A stretch of DNA of 64,000 bases from Octopus bimaculoides. Lineage: Eukaryota. A program made the position numbers and the translations under genes. Under the pieces are notes generated by a model, which had not been told where the DNA came from, did not search any database, and saw only the letters and a program-made list of their open reading frames with translations. Below, in pieces: positions 38,074 to 53,059 of this stretch; the stretch's first letter is position 1, and the number at the start of each line of letters is the position of its first letter. The stretch covers positions 68,956,210 to 69,020,209 of the forward strand of contig NC_068988.1 in the NCBI RefSeq assembly GCF_001194135.2, in the 5' to 3' direction.

Positions 38074-38920
38074 TAATAATCTTTTCCTATTAGCCACAAC
38101 AGCCCATGAGATACAACAAATATAAACTTTCTTAAGGGGTTACAAAGAGTTTTTATTCAGAGTTATTGGCCTTTCAACACAAGTCAAGAATCATATCTCA
38201 CTCATAAGTAGTATTTTTTAGCTTGGTTTCTATGGCTGATGGCTGGCATTGTATTCAACATTAAAATGTATACCAAAAAAATTGTGATGCCCAAGTGAGA
38301 TGTGCTCTCACAAGATGAAAGAGCATCCCCACCTTCTCTGCATTGTCATTATATATGTTTTTTCCCTTTCTTTCTTACTTTACATCTATCATAAATTGAA
38401 TTTTTTGTTACTTTTACTTGGATCAATGAATTATCAGATAACAGAATAATGGCAAAACATCATTCTTATCCCAAAAGTATAGCCATCAAACTTTATATCT
38501 GTTATATCTATTTTGCATTGCTCAAACTCATAAGCATAAGCCACTGTGGAACCTTATATGGAGGAAATCTCAGTAAAAGTTTCCTAGAATAAAAAAAAAT
38601 ACCTTTTTTTCTTTTTTGGCTAAATCAGATCTAAGAATGGTCTCCTAGGTTGGTGGAGATGAATTATCAGTTATAAAGTTTTATAAATCTTGAAAAGATT
38701 GGCTGGTGATACGGAAAATTTTTAATTATAGGTATGCCAAGCCAGGGTTAAACCTAGAACTAAATGACAACAGCATTATACAGCTAAATCTTTCAGCAAA
38801 CTCCATAATGTCATTTAAACAGAAGCCTTACAGTTGGCAGCATTTATATCCAACAATATATACACAAACCAATGAGGGGTCCTCTTGATAAAACGAGTTC
38901 TTACACTTGACAACAGTCAG

Positions 38921-38960
<40 letters not shown>

Positions 38961-39043
38961 GCCAATGGGGAAGCTTCTTCAGAGTCAATGAACCTACTCA
39001 AAATAGTAGCAAGTCTTCTTTAGATCACCTCCCACAATATTAA

Positions 39044-39262
39044 CACTTTAACATTCAGATTATTCTGTCAAATGTAATGTTTATTTATTCACATTGTCTT
39101 GAATAAGTCATATATTATCTTGTAGCCTTGAGATTTCGATGATGTGAATGTTTATTTTTAGAGTGACATAGTAGAGTAGTGTGAGAGGCCTTATCTGGTT
39201 GATTTGAACATAAAATAAGTAGAGTATTTGGGCCTGATATGGCCAGTCTGTAAGCTAAAGAG
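39044..39262. mobile_element. piggyBac-type MITE, copy A
   Basis: TTAA flanks; TIR c(a)ctttaacatt/agctaaagag; homologous to copies B and C. Confidence 0.75.
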
Positions 39263-39376
39263 TTAAACAAGGAAGGACATATTGAATAATATATCTCTCC
39301 TTACGTTTAAAAGGATAGGATGGTTAACCTGGAAGGCTTTTGATTGTTTAATCAATCCAACTGTAGTCAAGGTTAA

Positions 39377-39594
39377 CCCTTTAGCATTCTGGTTTCTCTG
39401 TGAAATGTACAGCTTTATTTATATTGCTTTGAATTAATCATGAATTATTTTGTTGCTTTGAGAAAGCAATGTTGTGTCTGTTTACTTTTAGAATGACATT
39501 TTGAAGGTTGGTGTGAGAGGCTGGATCTGGCCAGTTTGAACATAAAGCAAGTACAATATTTTGGCTGGATATATTCATTTTAAATGCTAAAAGG
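39377..39594. mobile_element. piggyBac-type MITE, copy B
   Basis: TTAA-ccctttagcatt ... aatgctaaaagg-TTAA. Confidence 0.8.
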
Positions 39595-42085
39595 TTAAAC
39601 AACAGCAGTGCACACACGCAATAAATCCAAAATGATCCCAAAGACACCAATCAATCAATGATCATCAATCTTCAACTATGACACTTGAGTGTGGATTATT
39701 GGACAGAAAACAGTGAAATATTATTAGCATAAACAGTGGCAGTTAGAGAAAAATTTGCATGCAATAAATCAGACATGGAATGAAAGTAGAGTAAACTGCT
39801 TCCAAAAATTTTATTAGAATTAGTATCAGAACTATCAAATTTATTAGATTTTGATCATGATTTCAGATTAAGCATTAACAGGTCTTTAAAAGGGTCAAAG
39901 CTGTAACTTTAGAAATAACATTGCTCAAGAATTCTATTTAGCTTGTGAAAATGGTCTTTTAGAAATTTATAAAAAAGCACATTACTATTCAATCAAATTA
40001 TACTAGATTGCCAATATTAGTGACAAGTAAGCTTTACTGTTCCTATCCAATGAAAATGCTTCCAAACAAAAACTTCAACAGCTGATCAGGAAACTTAATA
40101 AGAAATAGAATAGAATTTTCTTTTTTAATTTCTGTTACAAAAAAAGAAAGAAACAAGAAAAGAAAAAATACTATTTTGTTACAAGAAGCTCTGCCTGAAA
40201 ACCAATTAAATTCAATACTCGTTTTATTTTGTGTTATTTTTAACCTAGAAATATTAAGTGAAGACTGCATTAGCATGTTATAGTATTGTGTTACCCATGT
40301 GAAAATCTTCAATAAGGATTGCGAATTGAAATTTAAATTGAGAATTGATTTTGTTTTTAAATCAATTTCAAGCAAATATAATGAAAATACAAATTGAAAA
40401 TAAGATTGCTTGGGAAAATAACAATCAGGAGGTTTTAGATATAAAGTCAAATGCTAATTATTTTCCATTTACTATTTCGCATCTATTTTCAATGTTAATA
40501 TGGATTGGTTACTTTGTACAAATATCTAACAGTTCTAAAATTAAATTTATAAAGGGATTTACAAACATCTGTTTAATGAAATAGGCCCTGTAATTATATA
40601 GTTATAAATTTAATATAAAATACTCTATACTGGTATCTCATTTAATATGAATAACGTTTTAGCAATTAGTATTAACAGCTGCATAATAATCCTATCTCCA
40701 AATGATCAACTGGATTAGATCTGCCATCATAATGTTGTTCTACAAAACATCACAAGATATTAATGGGTTGTTCTAAAAATTCTAATAATAACTCAGGTGA
40801 AAATGATTCACAACACAGTGTAGCAGCTAATTACCAGAACAATTGCATTATGGTGTGGATGTCTATATTGTAATTTCAAATCAAACTATGATAAGCTTTA
40901 CTTTATATCATTTCAGATTCAACATGATAGCAAACTAGGCTAATAGGACTGACAGAACTATAAGGAACTATAAGAGTGTTGGACAAAATGCTTTGCAGTA
41001 CTTGTTCCAGCTATCAGCATTCTGATGACGATGTCAATGATGACAGATGTACCAAGATATGTATTGGCTCTTGCCTTCCCCTTGATCTATATTAATACTT
41101 TGTACAGAAGTAGGACTTACAAAAATAGCCAGCATTGCTCAGGCCCATCACCAGACTTTGGTGATAGAGGTGCTTCTGAATATTCTGGGTGGGCACTAGC
41201 TTCTAATAATGCTACATTGGAGTTTCAAAATAAGTGCATCACTGTAAAGTTTTTCAATAATTTCATCAATTGGCAGAATTCTGATCAAGGCACACCATTA
41301 AATCTGTCATAACTATTATTATTATTATTATTTTTTTTTTTTGTGTTTTCAGAAAATTTCTGTTCAATTCACTGTATCACATATTATTAAACAAAATGAT
41401 TTCTTTTTTAATTACTTCACCCACTCCCCCATTGTTTTAATCCTAAAATTTTGACTGTTTTTCAAATTTTTTTTAAAATAATTGTTTTAAAATACAGACA
41501 GTCGAAATCTGCCATTTGTTTCTGTTAGTAACATCCAAATAATTTTCAGACAAAAAGTTGTGTGATTTGGGGGATCTAGTTGTTATTTCTAGTATATTCC
41601 ATGGCCATCAGGTACCTTCTTCGTTTCTCTGTCACTCTGACAGATATTGATGCTTTTCAATATTTTTCTCCCCATAAACACATTTAATGGAATGGTGGTG
41701 CAGAAGTTACACACAGGTTTTGTTTAGCTCAAGAGTGGTCCATTCCTGGGATTTAAGTAAAAAAATTTGTTTTTGTAATTTAAACTTTTAACACCCTCCT
41801 CACCCTGCATGAAGTTAGTGTGTGTGTGCACGCATGCATGCATGTGCATGTGAAAGAAAAAACGTATTTATTAACAGAAAATTATCTTTTATATACATTT
41901 TTAAAATCCCTGTGGATAAATCCCAGCAATCTTAGTCTCTCCAAAACCGTGGTTGATATGGGTTAAGTCTAATTTGAGCATCCATAAGGATTTATGAGAG
42001 GTGGATGAAAAAATTTTAACCTCAAAAAATTTATTGACATAATCTTACAAGTGAGGGTTTGCATCATGCAAATTCACAAAAATTC

Positions 42086-42530
42086 AGAAGTGGCTGTATG
42101 GTAAGTAGCTTGCTTACCAACCACATGGTTCTGGGTTCAGTCCCACTGTGTGGCACCTTGGGAAAATGTCTTCTACTATAGCCTCATGCCAACTAAAGCC
42201 TTGTGAGTAGATTTGGTAGACGGAAANNNNNNNNNNCTTGGGAAAATGTCTTCTACTATAGCCTCATGCCAACTAAAGCCTTGTGAGTAGATTTGGTAGA
42301 CGGAAACTGAAAGAAGCCCAGTGTGTGTGTGTGTGTGTGTGTGTCTGTGTTTGTCTCCCTAACATCGCTTGACAACTGATGCTGCTGTGTTTACGTTCCC
42401 GTAACTTAGCGGTTTGGCAAAAGAGACTGATAGAATAAATACTAGGCTTACAAACAATAAGTCCTGAGATCGATTTGCTCAACTAAATGGCTGCAGTCAA
42501 ATGACTGAAACAAGCAGAAGAATAAAAGAA
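42086..42530 (+). mobile_element. SINE family A spanning a 10-N gap
   Basis: Head, (TG)n and tail present; 70-nt duplication around the gap. Confidence 0.85.
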
Positions 42531-43992
42531 AAAAGAATAGATACCAAGAACTGAAAATAGTTATGAGTGGTTACATGGTGTGTTTTGATACACAATTGAT
42601 GGTAGGCCCTGTGCATGTGAGTTTTTTTAACTTTTTGAATTTGGACTTTGAAAGATTTCAAAAATTATTTTGAAATTATACACAGTAATAAATGACAGAT
42701 AGATTCAGACTGTCCATACTTTGAAAATTATAATAAAAAAATTTGTTTTAATGATTGATTGCAAACCTGTAAAAATAGTTTTGCAAAATTTCTACATTTT
42801 AAGCCCTTCACCCCCTCCACTTCACCCTCCTCCTCCCCCACGTACACTACAAGCCATAACATTTTCAATTTTGACCTTTTACAAACATTATTTCAGAACT
42901 TCTTCAAACATTGGGAATGTTGATTACACAGAAATGCTTTCCATTTTTGCAACCTGTATGGCTTAATGTTTTAAAGTTATACTTTAGGGTTATGGTATAA
43001 GTTTAAGGTTAAGATATAAAGTTAGGGTTTTGGTTAAATGAAGAAGAACTGTTTGTGTAGATAGTATCAGAAGCAATATTGATAAAGTATACTAAAATGA
43101 AGAAATGTGTGTGTGTGTGTGTGTGTGTGTGTTTGTCCATTGCTGCTGACGTTTTCCATTTCATTTTTGTTTTTTTCTCTTTCATTCAGTATCACTTCTA
43201 CCTCTATTTCATTATTTCCCTGGGGAATTTTTGACAGGCCTCTTTTGTTCATCTGGTTTAATGTTTTAAAATTATTTTTCATTCTGGTTTAAGAAAAGAA
43301 GTTTGAAAAACATTAGTTAGGCTTCCAGAAATATATTGTGGGAAGATTTTTGAAAACTGTAGTTTCTAAATCTGAGGGTGTACCATTGAATAGTGAGGGG
43401 AAAGTGCTGTCCAGTGCATTTGCTTAGCAATGGACAAGGCACTGTTGATTCTCCATAAAGAAAAAAATGGAAAGAAATTGCTCAGGTCACTGTTTTGAAG
43501 AGGAAAAGAGTAACTTTCCAGATCCATTATCTTGTAAAGCATGTCCTTGACTGTTTTTATACATGCATGCATGAATGCATGTTTGCATGTGTGTGTCTGT
43601 ATATGTCTGTATATGTCTGTGTATGTATGTATATATAAACTACCACATCAAATCTTGATAGATATATTAACTATGGGTGCAGTAATTTTTCCCCTCCACC
43701 ATAGCACCTTAAATGAATAATTATGGATCTTATGTGCATCCATATTGTAAATGACAGCAAAAATGGCTACCAAAGAGCTAAAATCACACCGGCTCAATGA
43801 AATAAGGAGAATTTGGTAAACTATGCTGTATATAAAAGTATTTATTTGTTGTTGCTGTTAATCCAGAAATCAACCTTAGTTGAAAATATATATGATCAAA
43901 ACTGCTCCAGCCATGACAATGTTGGAATATTCTGTCTAAATTGTGGTGTCGCCATTTTATGACTTTTAGCCCCAGGTCAAACCTGATTGATA

Positions 43993-45160
43993 TAAGAGTG
44001 AGCTGTAAAGTTCATAGAGCTTTGAAATTTTGCATGCATTAATTTCATCTCTCTTTAGTAATAACTGTATTGTTTCTTTCCAGGTGAACTGACATCTGAC
44101 TGTTTAAAGTAAACTTCGAAGGCAACAAGAAGCAAATTCTCTTGAAAATGGACAAAATTTGGCATCATTGTGTTTTCACATACTAGCAGAAAAAGGACAT
44201 TTATGTTAACAAGGTTACTACATCAGAGGATGACACTCCAGCTTTATGAAAATTGCAATAGTAGGCAGTACCACATGATAATGAATGACAGGCGGTTGAC
44301 TATAAATCAAATAACCAATACTATTTGCATATTCCATGAGCAATTTGAGAATATTCAGCACAGTGAAATTAGCATGTTAAAGGTTTATGCACAGTGAGTG
44401 AGTGCCACATCTTCTGACACCTGATCAAAAGCACACCAGGCTGATCACTTCATGAGGAAAATCTGACATTGTCTGATGCAGATCCAGCTGGTTTCCTTGA
44501 ATGTTTCCTAAGCCAAGATGAGTGATGTTATTATCATTTTGAGTCAGAGACAAAGAGACAATCCATGCAGTGGGAACTCCCCTTCTTTACTTGCTCCAAA
44601 GAAAGCCAAGTTTGTTTCATCAGCAAGGAAGGAGTTGGCTTCAGTTTTTTGAGAAGTAAAAGGGATTGTGTTTATTGACTATCTTCAAAAGGGCCACACT
44701 ATCAACAGTGTACTATGCCAACTTGCTGAGACAGTTACAAAAGGCTATCAAGACCAGATGTCTGGGAAAACTAACAAAAGGGATTTTGTTGCATCAGGAC
44801 AATGCTCCAGCACACAAGTCCTTGGTTTCGATGGCTGCTGTGTATGACTGTGTCCTTGACCTAGTTGATCCACACATACATACACACACATACACACTAT
44901 TCTCCTGATTTGGCTCCATCTGACTATTATTTTTTCTGCAATACTTGGCTAGAAACGAGTATCATAGTGATTATGATGTCATATGTGCTGTTGATGACTT
45001 TTCTAACCAAGAGGTTGAAAGCTTCTTCACCAATGGGTTCCAAGTACTGCAACACTAATGGAAGAAGTGTGTGGATCACATAGGCGACTCTGTTGGAAAA
45101 TAAACCTCATTTGGTCACAGAGCGTTCTGATCAGCCTATGAACTTTTCAGTTGACCCTCA
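43993..45160 (+). mobile_element. Near-full-length decayed mariner
   Basis: TA flanks; imperfect TIRs taagagtgagctgtaaagttcatag / rc tgagggtcaactgaaaagttcatag; motifs *VPHLLT, LHQDNAPAH, YSPDLAPSDYYFF; stops and frameshifts. Confidence 0.92.
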
Positions 45161-46189
45161 TATAGGCATTCCAACTGTGACTGTCTCATCATTCTTCAGG
45201 TACTGCAAACCCCAGACCATCAGGGATTTTGCAGAATATTTAGAGCTTCAAATAGAATATTCTCCCCTATTCATTCTGACTCTCTGAGCACTAAGTTTAA
45301 ATCTTATTGAAGTCAATTTTGACTACCAACCTTTCAAAGTTAGTAAATAAAATAGTTCAATCCTGGGGTCACTTTCTCTGCCCTCTCTCCCTCTCCATTC
45401 TTTCTTTCCCCCTATCCCCCTCTCCATTATCTCTCCCTTTCCATTATCTCTCCCTCTCCCTCTCTCCATTATCTCTCTTCCCTCTCTCCCCTGTCTCACC
45501 CCCTCTTGCCCCTCTCTCTCTCTCTCTCTCACACACACATTCATCTCTATCTGGATTGTAATTCAAAAGTCCAGTGTCGTCACTGGGTCACACTGATTTG
45601 GCCTGAATATTAAAATCAAATGTATTCATGTCTATGGAATTACTCCATCACTTAAACATTAATTTCACAAGTAAGAATTCAGCTGGTCAAACAATGGAGT
45701 ACTCATTTTGGGATCCAGTGGTGAATATTCTGTTTTATTGAATGCATTTTGTCTTTTTCCCATGGCAAAGTAAAATTGATGAAAGACTTGGCTGCTGTTC
45801 TATTTAGGTTGGTGTGGGATAGGGCCCAAAATTATTATCTGTCAGAAGAGCACAGTTCATAGAGGCCCATTATGACTGGCAATTATTTTGTTGGCATTAA
45901 TTGCTGTTACTCTAATTTATACTTTCATATATGTATAATTCTATAGTAAGGGATTTTAAATGAGTTCCTCTGTTGAAATTTAAATGGAGTTAACATGTCA
46001 GGACTCTGATATTCAAATAGGATCCATATGTTGGGACCCAAATATAGGAACTGAATTTATGTGATTCGAACCAAATGTTTGCCTCATAGCAGAATTATTT
46101 AATACAATCACACACGCACGTGCATGTGCACACACACATAGACACACACAAACACACACGTTAATTTCTATTTTGTTTTTTATTTTTAA

Positions 46190-46408
46190 TCCTTTAGCAT
46201 TCAATTCACACTGTCAAATGTAATGCTTCTTTATCCACATTGTTTTGAATTAATCTTGCAATACTTTGTAGCTTCGAGATTTCAGTGATGTGATTGCTTA
46301 TTTTCAGAATGATATTGTAGAGAAGTGTTAGAGACCAAATCTGTCCAGTTTGAACATAAAATTGCTAGAATATTTGGGTTGGATATGATCAGTTTAAATG
46401 CTAAAGTA
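46190..46408. mobile_element. piggyBac-type MITE, copy C
   Basis: TTAA-tcctttagcatt ... aatgctaaagta-TTAA. Confidence 0.75.
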
Positions 46409-46726
46409 TTAACAGTAACCTATTCAATAATGACTTTTTATTTGGGCACAAAGTCATCACTTTCCATGGAAGTATGTTACTTGATTACATCAAACTCAGT
46501 ACCAGACTAGAGCTTTGTAATATCAATCCCAGAAGCATAATGATAATGTTGATTCCAGTGGTGTTTTAACACAGAAGATAGAATTGGAAGATATGCCACG
46601 AAACATTTTAACTGATGCTCTAACAATCCTGCCATCTCACTGCCTTAGTGATTTGATTATCTGATTGGATAATAAGGCTGTTTTAGTAATATCTATCTTA
46701 TTTAATTGTTATCTAATAATAATAAT

Positions 46727-46941
46727 GTACTGAGCAGGCAGTATTGTTGCCATACCCAACAAAATGATTAACAGTATTTCTTCTGGGTTTACTTTCTGAG
46801 TTCAAAATCCATTGAGGTTCACTTTGCTTTTCATCCTTTTGGGATTGATAAGATAAGTACCAGTTGAGAACTGGAGTTGATGTAATCAACTTGCTTCCTT
46901 CCCCAAAATTGTTGGCCTTGTGCTTTGACCAGAAAGAATTT
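46727..46941 (+). mobile_element. SINE family B with perfect 18-bp TSD
   Basis: ttatctaataataataat at 46709-46726 and 46942-46959. Confidence 0.85.
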
Positions 46942-47729
46942 TTATCTAATAATAATAATAAAGATTTTGAATTTGTACTTATTTATCAGCTGACTTCCAC
47001 TGGATACTGTAGACTTTTGTCAGTGACCCAATCACAGGAAAGCAACAAATCTTTGACATTTAAGTAATTTATGTAAATTTAATGTAACAGTTGATGTGTG
47101 TTTTTAAATGATTTACATGAATCTACTTTGATGTAATTATGCTCTTGAATAAGTACCAAAAAAATATTTTTTCCTGACATCACTTTAGTGATATTTTACA
47201 TAAATGTATGAAAAAGATAACTTTGGTGAAAATAATTAGATATTACATAAACATCTAGATTCTTTAATAACTATTAGGAATTCAAGAGATAATAATTATG
47301 TGGTTAATTGGGTGTCTTCTAAATTACATTTATTTTACTATTTATAAAAGTATCCTTTCAAATTTGTAGCATTTTTTTTTAAAGATATGAAAATTACATC
47401 ATATGAGATAAAAATTATTTAAAATAGTGTTAATCAATATATTTAATGACATGCAGGGCCTACAGCTGGTAAAAATAATAACCCTTCTACAGGGCCTAAA
47501 ATTTTGGGGAGGGTGTCAGTTGATTACTTCAACTCTAGTGCTTGACTGGTACTTATTTTATCGACCATGAAAGGGTGGAAAGGCAAAATCAGTAGTTGGT
47601 AAAAATCATAGATCTAGTGTAATCCATAGATCATGATCTGAGAAAAGGAGAGTCTAAATTATGTTTGGTATTTGGTAAGGAGACTGTGCTAATGTATGAC
47701 ATTAGCACATTTTTTCATTTTTGTTTTAT

Positions 47730-48010
47730 TTTGAACAGGTACTCAGGTGCAGCATAATATTTAAGAAGTTAACAATGGTAAGACAGGTCTCAATTTTAAT
47801 CTTAAAACTGGGTGAGTTAAAGATCCTAATAAGGTCCTTCCTATGCCTATCTAGGGTATGCTCAAAAGCACCTCTAGCAATGGCTAAAGTATCATCTCTA
47901 TATAGACCAAAAAGGATTGATGGGGACATCCTCTTTAAGGTGTCTAATAAATAAAACTCTGAGGTCACAGGTATCTGGGTTGCTGAATGTTCCCATCACT
48001 GCATCAAGGA
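47730..48010 (-). mobile_element. Penelope-like element RT fragment
   Basis: Minus DAVMGTFS..DTCDL (cf. DVTMGS.DGAE.CEL), then GLYRDDTLA..LDRHRKDLIRIF..FKIKIET.L.IVNFLNI.L.L. Confidence 0.8.
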
Positions 48011-48736
48011 GCCTACAGGGTCAATTTGTTTGTGTGTGTGTATAAAGATCCATACATACATACAGACATACAAACACACATTATCATCATCATCATTTAA
48101 CATCCATTTTCCCCCCTGGCATGGACTGGATGGTTTGCCAGGAGCTGGCTATCCAGAAGACTACACCAAGCTACACTGTCTGTTTTGGCTTGGATTTTAC
48201 AGCTGCCAGCCACTTTACAGAGTGAACTTGAGTACTTTTTACATGGCATGTACATATGCATGTAATAACAAATAGATAGATGAATAGACAGACAGATAGG
48301 CAGGCAGACAAATAGGTAAGCAGACTGACAGACAGACATACAGAAAGACAGGCTGGCAGGCATGCAGACAGACAGACAGACAAAGAGACATACAGATAGA
48401 TAGATAGATAGACTGACATGAAGCTTGGGAGACAAAATTATATTTCCTATTATCAGTCAGGGTAATATTGGCTTTATGTAAACTAATTTTGTTTATAGAA
48501 CATAAAATATTGAATTCACATATTTTTTTTTCTTTCTTGAGTTATGAATTTATTAATATCAAAGTGTTATTTCCATCATAAATCTTTAACCTATTTAAAG
48601 GATATACTAACAAATGCCATGAAAATGTAATATATGCAAAATGACATTGGTTTTATTTGCTATAAACTTGCATAAAGACATTAATTTGAAATGCCATGCT
48701 TAATATGGTCAATACATCTCTCACAAAAGTTTTTTT

Positions 48737-48740
<4 letters not shown>

Positions 48741-48774
<34 letters not shown>

Positions 48775-48791
48775 ATATATATATATATATA

Positions 48792-48832
<41 letters not shown>

Positions 48833-48841
48833 ATATATATT

Positions 48842-48901
<60 letters not shown>

Positions 48902-49085
48902 TATATGTATGTGTATATATATATATATGTAATTATATATGTGTGTGTGTGTGTGTATATATATATATGTACACACACACACTCACACACATATATATAC
49001 ATATATGTATATATATGTGCATATATATAGATTTATAGATATATGCATATACATAGATACCCACACACACACACACACATACATA
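48741..49085. repeat. (CT)n/(TA)n/(TG)n compound microsatellite
   Basis: Direct observation. Confidence 0.95.
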
Positions 49086-49424
49086 AGCAGCAGAATGTTT
49101 CAACATAGCATTTCAGACCAAATCTTTTTGCCAAACTTATACAGTACTAGAATATTATAGAAGAATTATGTAAAACAACAAAATAGCTTTAAAGAGATTA
49201 AACAACAACAAAAAATTCGGTTGTAATTCAATGTATACTATTATGTATCTCTATTTAGTTGTCTCTGTATACATATATGACTGGATTTGAGTATTTATGA
49301 ATTTCTTTCTTAGTGTGCATGTCTGTATATTCTTGTAACTTCTACAAAAGTGGATGTTTCTTTTTCTCTTTTCTAATACATTCATATACGTATCAAATAT
49401 AGGCTGGGTTCTGTAGATCTAATT

Positions 49425-49731
49425 CAGTGGTTCTCAACGATTTTTTACTTGTGGACCACCTTTAATTACTATTGTATACTCGATGTTTAAAACTGATTTT
49501 ATGAATACTTTTTTTTCCAAATTCTTTAGTTTTTCACCTGTGAACTTGTGTAGGTTGAATTATGTAAAAGAAACCAAGCTGTTTCTTGCAATAAATTCAT
49601 TTAAACCAATAATTTTTCATGACCCCTTAATATACTACTGCGGATCCCCAACTCACTATTCTATTTGTGTGGAGCCAACAAATCTTACATGGGCCTCCTG
49701 GGGTCATGTGGACCCCGGTTAAGAATCACTG
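49425..49731. mobile_element. hAT (Buster/Charlie-type) MITE with 8-bp TSD
   Basis: TIRs cagtggttctcaac / gttaagaatcactg; TSD atctaatt (49417-49424) and atctaaat (49732-49739), with central TA. Confidence 0.9.
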
Positions 49732-52700
49732 ATCTAAATGATGGCTGTATATACTCTTATTCTTTGGAAGAGATAAATTAGCACCTTATAATGATATATC
49801 AGCAGCAGTGGGTCATCAGTGTCGGTGGCAGCAGAGGCATCATTATTTTATGTCAGTTTCCATGACAGTATGAGTTGGATGGTTTAACAGGATCCAACAG
49901 GTCAGAAGACTATGTCTTGCCCCACCTCTCTCAGTCTTTGGCTGGATATCCTTCCTAACACTGACTGGTTAACAGAATGAATACAGTCTGTTCTTTTCAT
50001 GATGTCAGCACTATAAAGAAGATTGCTTTGCCAGCAGTGTCTCAAGCTCTGTATGGTCACTATTTGAATCAATTACTCACCACATACAGAGTGTAATGTG
50101 TCTTTTAATCGAGTGAACATTAGTCAGGTTGCTTTGAAGCACACCAAGGTAAAAAAGGAACCCTCTACAATGGATAGAACAAACCTACTGTTATGGGAGG
50201 ATAGCAGTGAAGAGAACACGTTTAGGTATGCAACTATATGCATCAGAATACATACATAAAACATGAAAAACTGCACGTACTTATATACATGCATACATAC
50301 AAACATACACACATACATACATACATAAAAAAATGCCTTGTTGATGTTTATATTCCAATGAAGGAGTCTTGGATCTAGGTTAGAAACCGGTTCTTTCTTT
50401 ATTGGCAAGAAATCTTGAAATAAACTGAATAATTAAATACATACATACATACATACATACATGCATGAAATCTGTCTCAAGATATTACATCCATAATTAT
50501 ACCCACTTTTGCATGCACACACTCACATACATACAACAAGTCATTGACACTCACATTTACTTATACATTGATCTAATGGAGTTAGAACTCCACATCCTAA
50601 ATATTTCTTACATTAATTAACGACTTTTGAGCATATTTTGAAAAAGTTTATTAAGAAACTTTTAATAACTAAAACTTTAAGAATTGAGTAATAAGCTAAT
50701 GATCTTAAGAAGCTATTGTTGAACAGCTTGCAGTAAAGATATCTGATAAACTGCTACCATTTAAGTGATGCCAAACAGTAAGTAATATAAGCAGTATATG
50801 CTGGCCTTTTGACAAGAATATACAGCATATTTGATAATAATTTCCTAAAGTATTTCAAATCTGTCATTAGTAACCATATATTTTCTGATACCATTCTCTT
50901 TCCACAGAAGTTTTGAATAATTTGGTAATTTGGAAAATTGATTTCAAAACCTCTGACACTTCAGCACTTTGTATTGAATGCATATGATGTGAACCAGCTG
51001 ACCATTGAAAGTGCTGTGAGATTTTGAATCTGACTCAATGAAGATTAGATTTGGTTATCATGCATTCTTTGAAAGTGAAGCTAATCTACATCTCAGTTCT
51101 TTATGATTAATCCTTCAAAGAGAACCATTTCACATGTCTATTGAATATTTTGACAAAAGAGATGCACTGACAAATAATTGGGAGAAATTTGTTATTTCAA
51201 TGGTGTAACTAAAGAAATGGTCTACAAGATGATGATTGTTGAATACTATATTTTGAAATTGCCATTGAAATTCATTTTATTCAGTTTACTACTTCATAAG
51301 TATTGCTGCTGCTGCTGCTACTACCACTACCACCACCACTACTACTATGTCTATACAACTTTCTCAACACATTTCCTATAATGTTGTCATTAGGGATAGT
51401 TCTTCTGAAATATTCTCAAAATTTAATTAATTTACTGACAAAATTTTGGTTACTAATGCTATTTATGCATTTTGAGTGTCCATCAGTAGAATATATTTAA
51501 ACTATCCATGTATATATCCTTGTGGGATATATATATATATATAATTGGAGACAGTGAGAAAGAGACAGAAAGATGCACACATATATGTTATTCACATATT
51601 ATATAATCACACACACACACATGCATGTATAGACTCACAACCATACATAAGTGGCATAGTTGACCAAAACTTTCTATCAGTGGTGGAAAAATTCAAAACC
51701 ACTAAGATTAAGAGTTATTAGCATTTTCTTTACTGAGGATACATATAATTACTACTTTCCCTGTGTTTTATGACTGGAGGTTACTAACAATGTTCTTTGC
51801 TGAATTATGCCCTAAACTGGTCCCCTGATGAGTAAAACTCTTTTCCTTTCATAGTCCACCAGTTTGTAATCTCCAAACTTCTCTCTACTTCCACATTCAT
51901 CCATTAATCATTGTAGGATGCATGTGGATGAAATTTTTTTTTTTTTTTTTTGTCAATTGCTCCACTTGCAGAAATTTTCTCTTAAAAACAATTGGTTTTT
52001 ACAAGAAAGAAGTAATATAACACTACTTTTTATGGTCAGTGGTTCCAATCAAAACAGATATTTTTCTTTTTTAGTTTATAGTACTATTCATGTCAGGGCC
52101 AAAACGTGCCAATTTGTAGCCCTTCCTTTTAACAGTTTCTAATTACAAATTGGTGAATATCTTATCGTTTAGATCAGTGGGCAATTTATATGAGATTTTA
52201 TTTTTCTATTGAAATACTAAATCAAATTGTCTGATAAATCTTAGAGCACCATCCAACACTTGCCTTAAAATCGGAAATTCCATACTTATTTGCCTCTTTT
52301 TGTGCTTGGATTAGGAGGACAGCACAAATAACACAATCTCAATTTTGATGATTTTCTGGTATTCACTCTGCAACTGTTTTCTCCAGTTGAAGACACTGGC
52401 TTAGTTTAATATGTTTTCTTGCTGGTATTCTTTGAAGTTTGATGTATATCTTTCTGCAGTCTTTCATTAGTTCCTCTAAGATACAAAACAGTTATTTGTC
52501 TTCTCAGTAACTTCAGTAACATTTAGTTTGAAAGCTGATGTATGCTTTTTTGTTTGTTTCTTCGTTGATGCTATTGTTTTTCTTGTAAAAAGCATTTTCA
52601 CACAAAATAATTGCAATATTTTAAAATCTCAAATAAATAATTGTTTTTCACAAGTGTTATGAGGAAATGAAGTCACCTGAGCCACAAAGAGATATTATGA

Positions 52701-52972
52701 CAGAAATTTACTCGTTTAATAGCAAACTTTAAAAAAAATCTGAAAATTAATGTTTGTGAATTGTACATCAAAACTAATAATGGGCTTACATGGAAATAAA
52801 TTTATTTGGAAGTCATATTATATTTTGGCCACAACTAGGAGTGGACTTTTGCCTTGACATAAGGGTAGCATGCTAAATAAGTGTATTTTGCTGATCTGTC
52901 TGATTTATGGTACAAAAGAGAGAAAACAGAAATGAGAGAATGATAAATATTAAATGAAAGTATAATAAAAGA

Positions 52973-53059
<87 letters not shown>

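Noticed and set aside
42157-42306. 70-nt direct duplication
   Set aside because: Identical copies flank a 10-N gap, typical of an unmerged contig overlap.
50128-50225. Plus-strand candidate exon VALKHTKVKKEPSTMDRTNLLLWEDSSEENTFR
   Set aside because: Weak acceptor, lies next to repeat-like sequence, no partner exons or homology.
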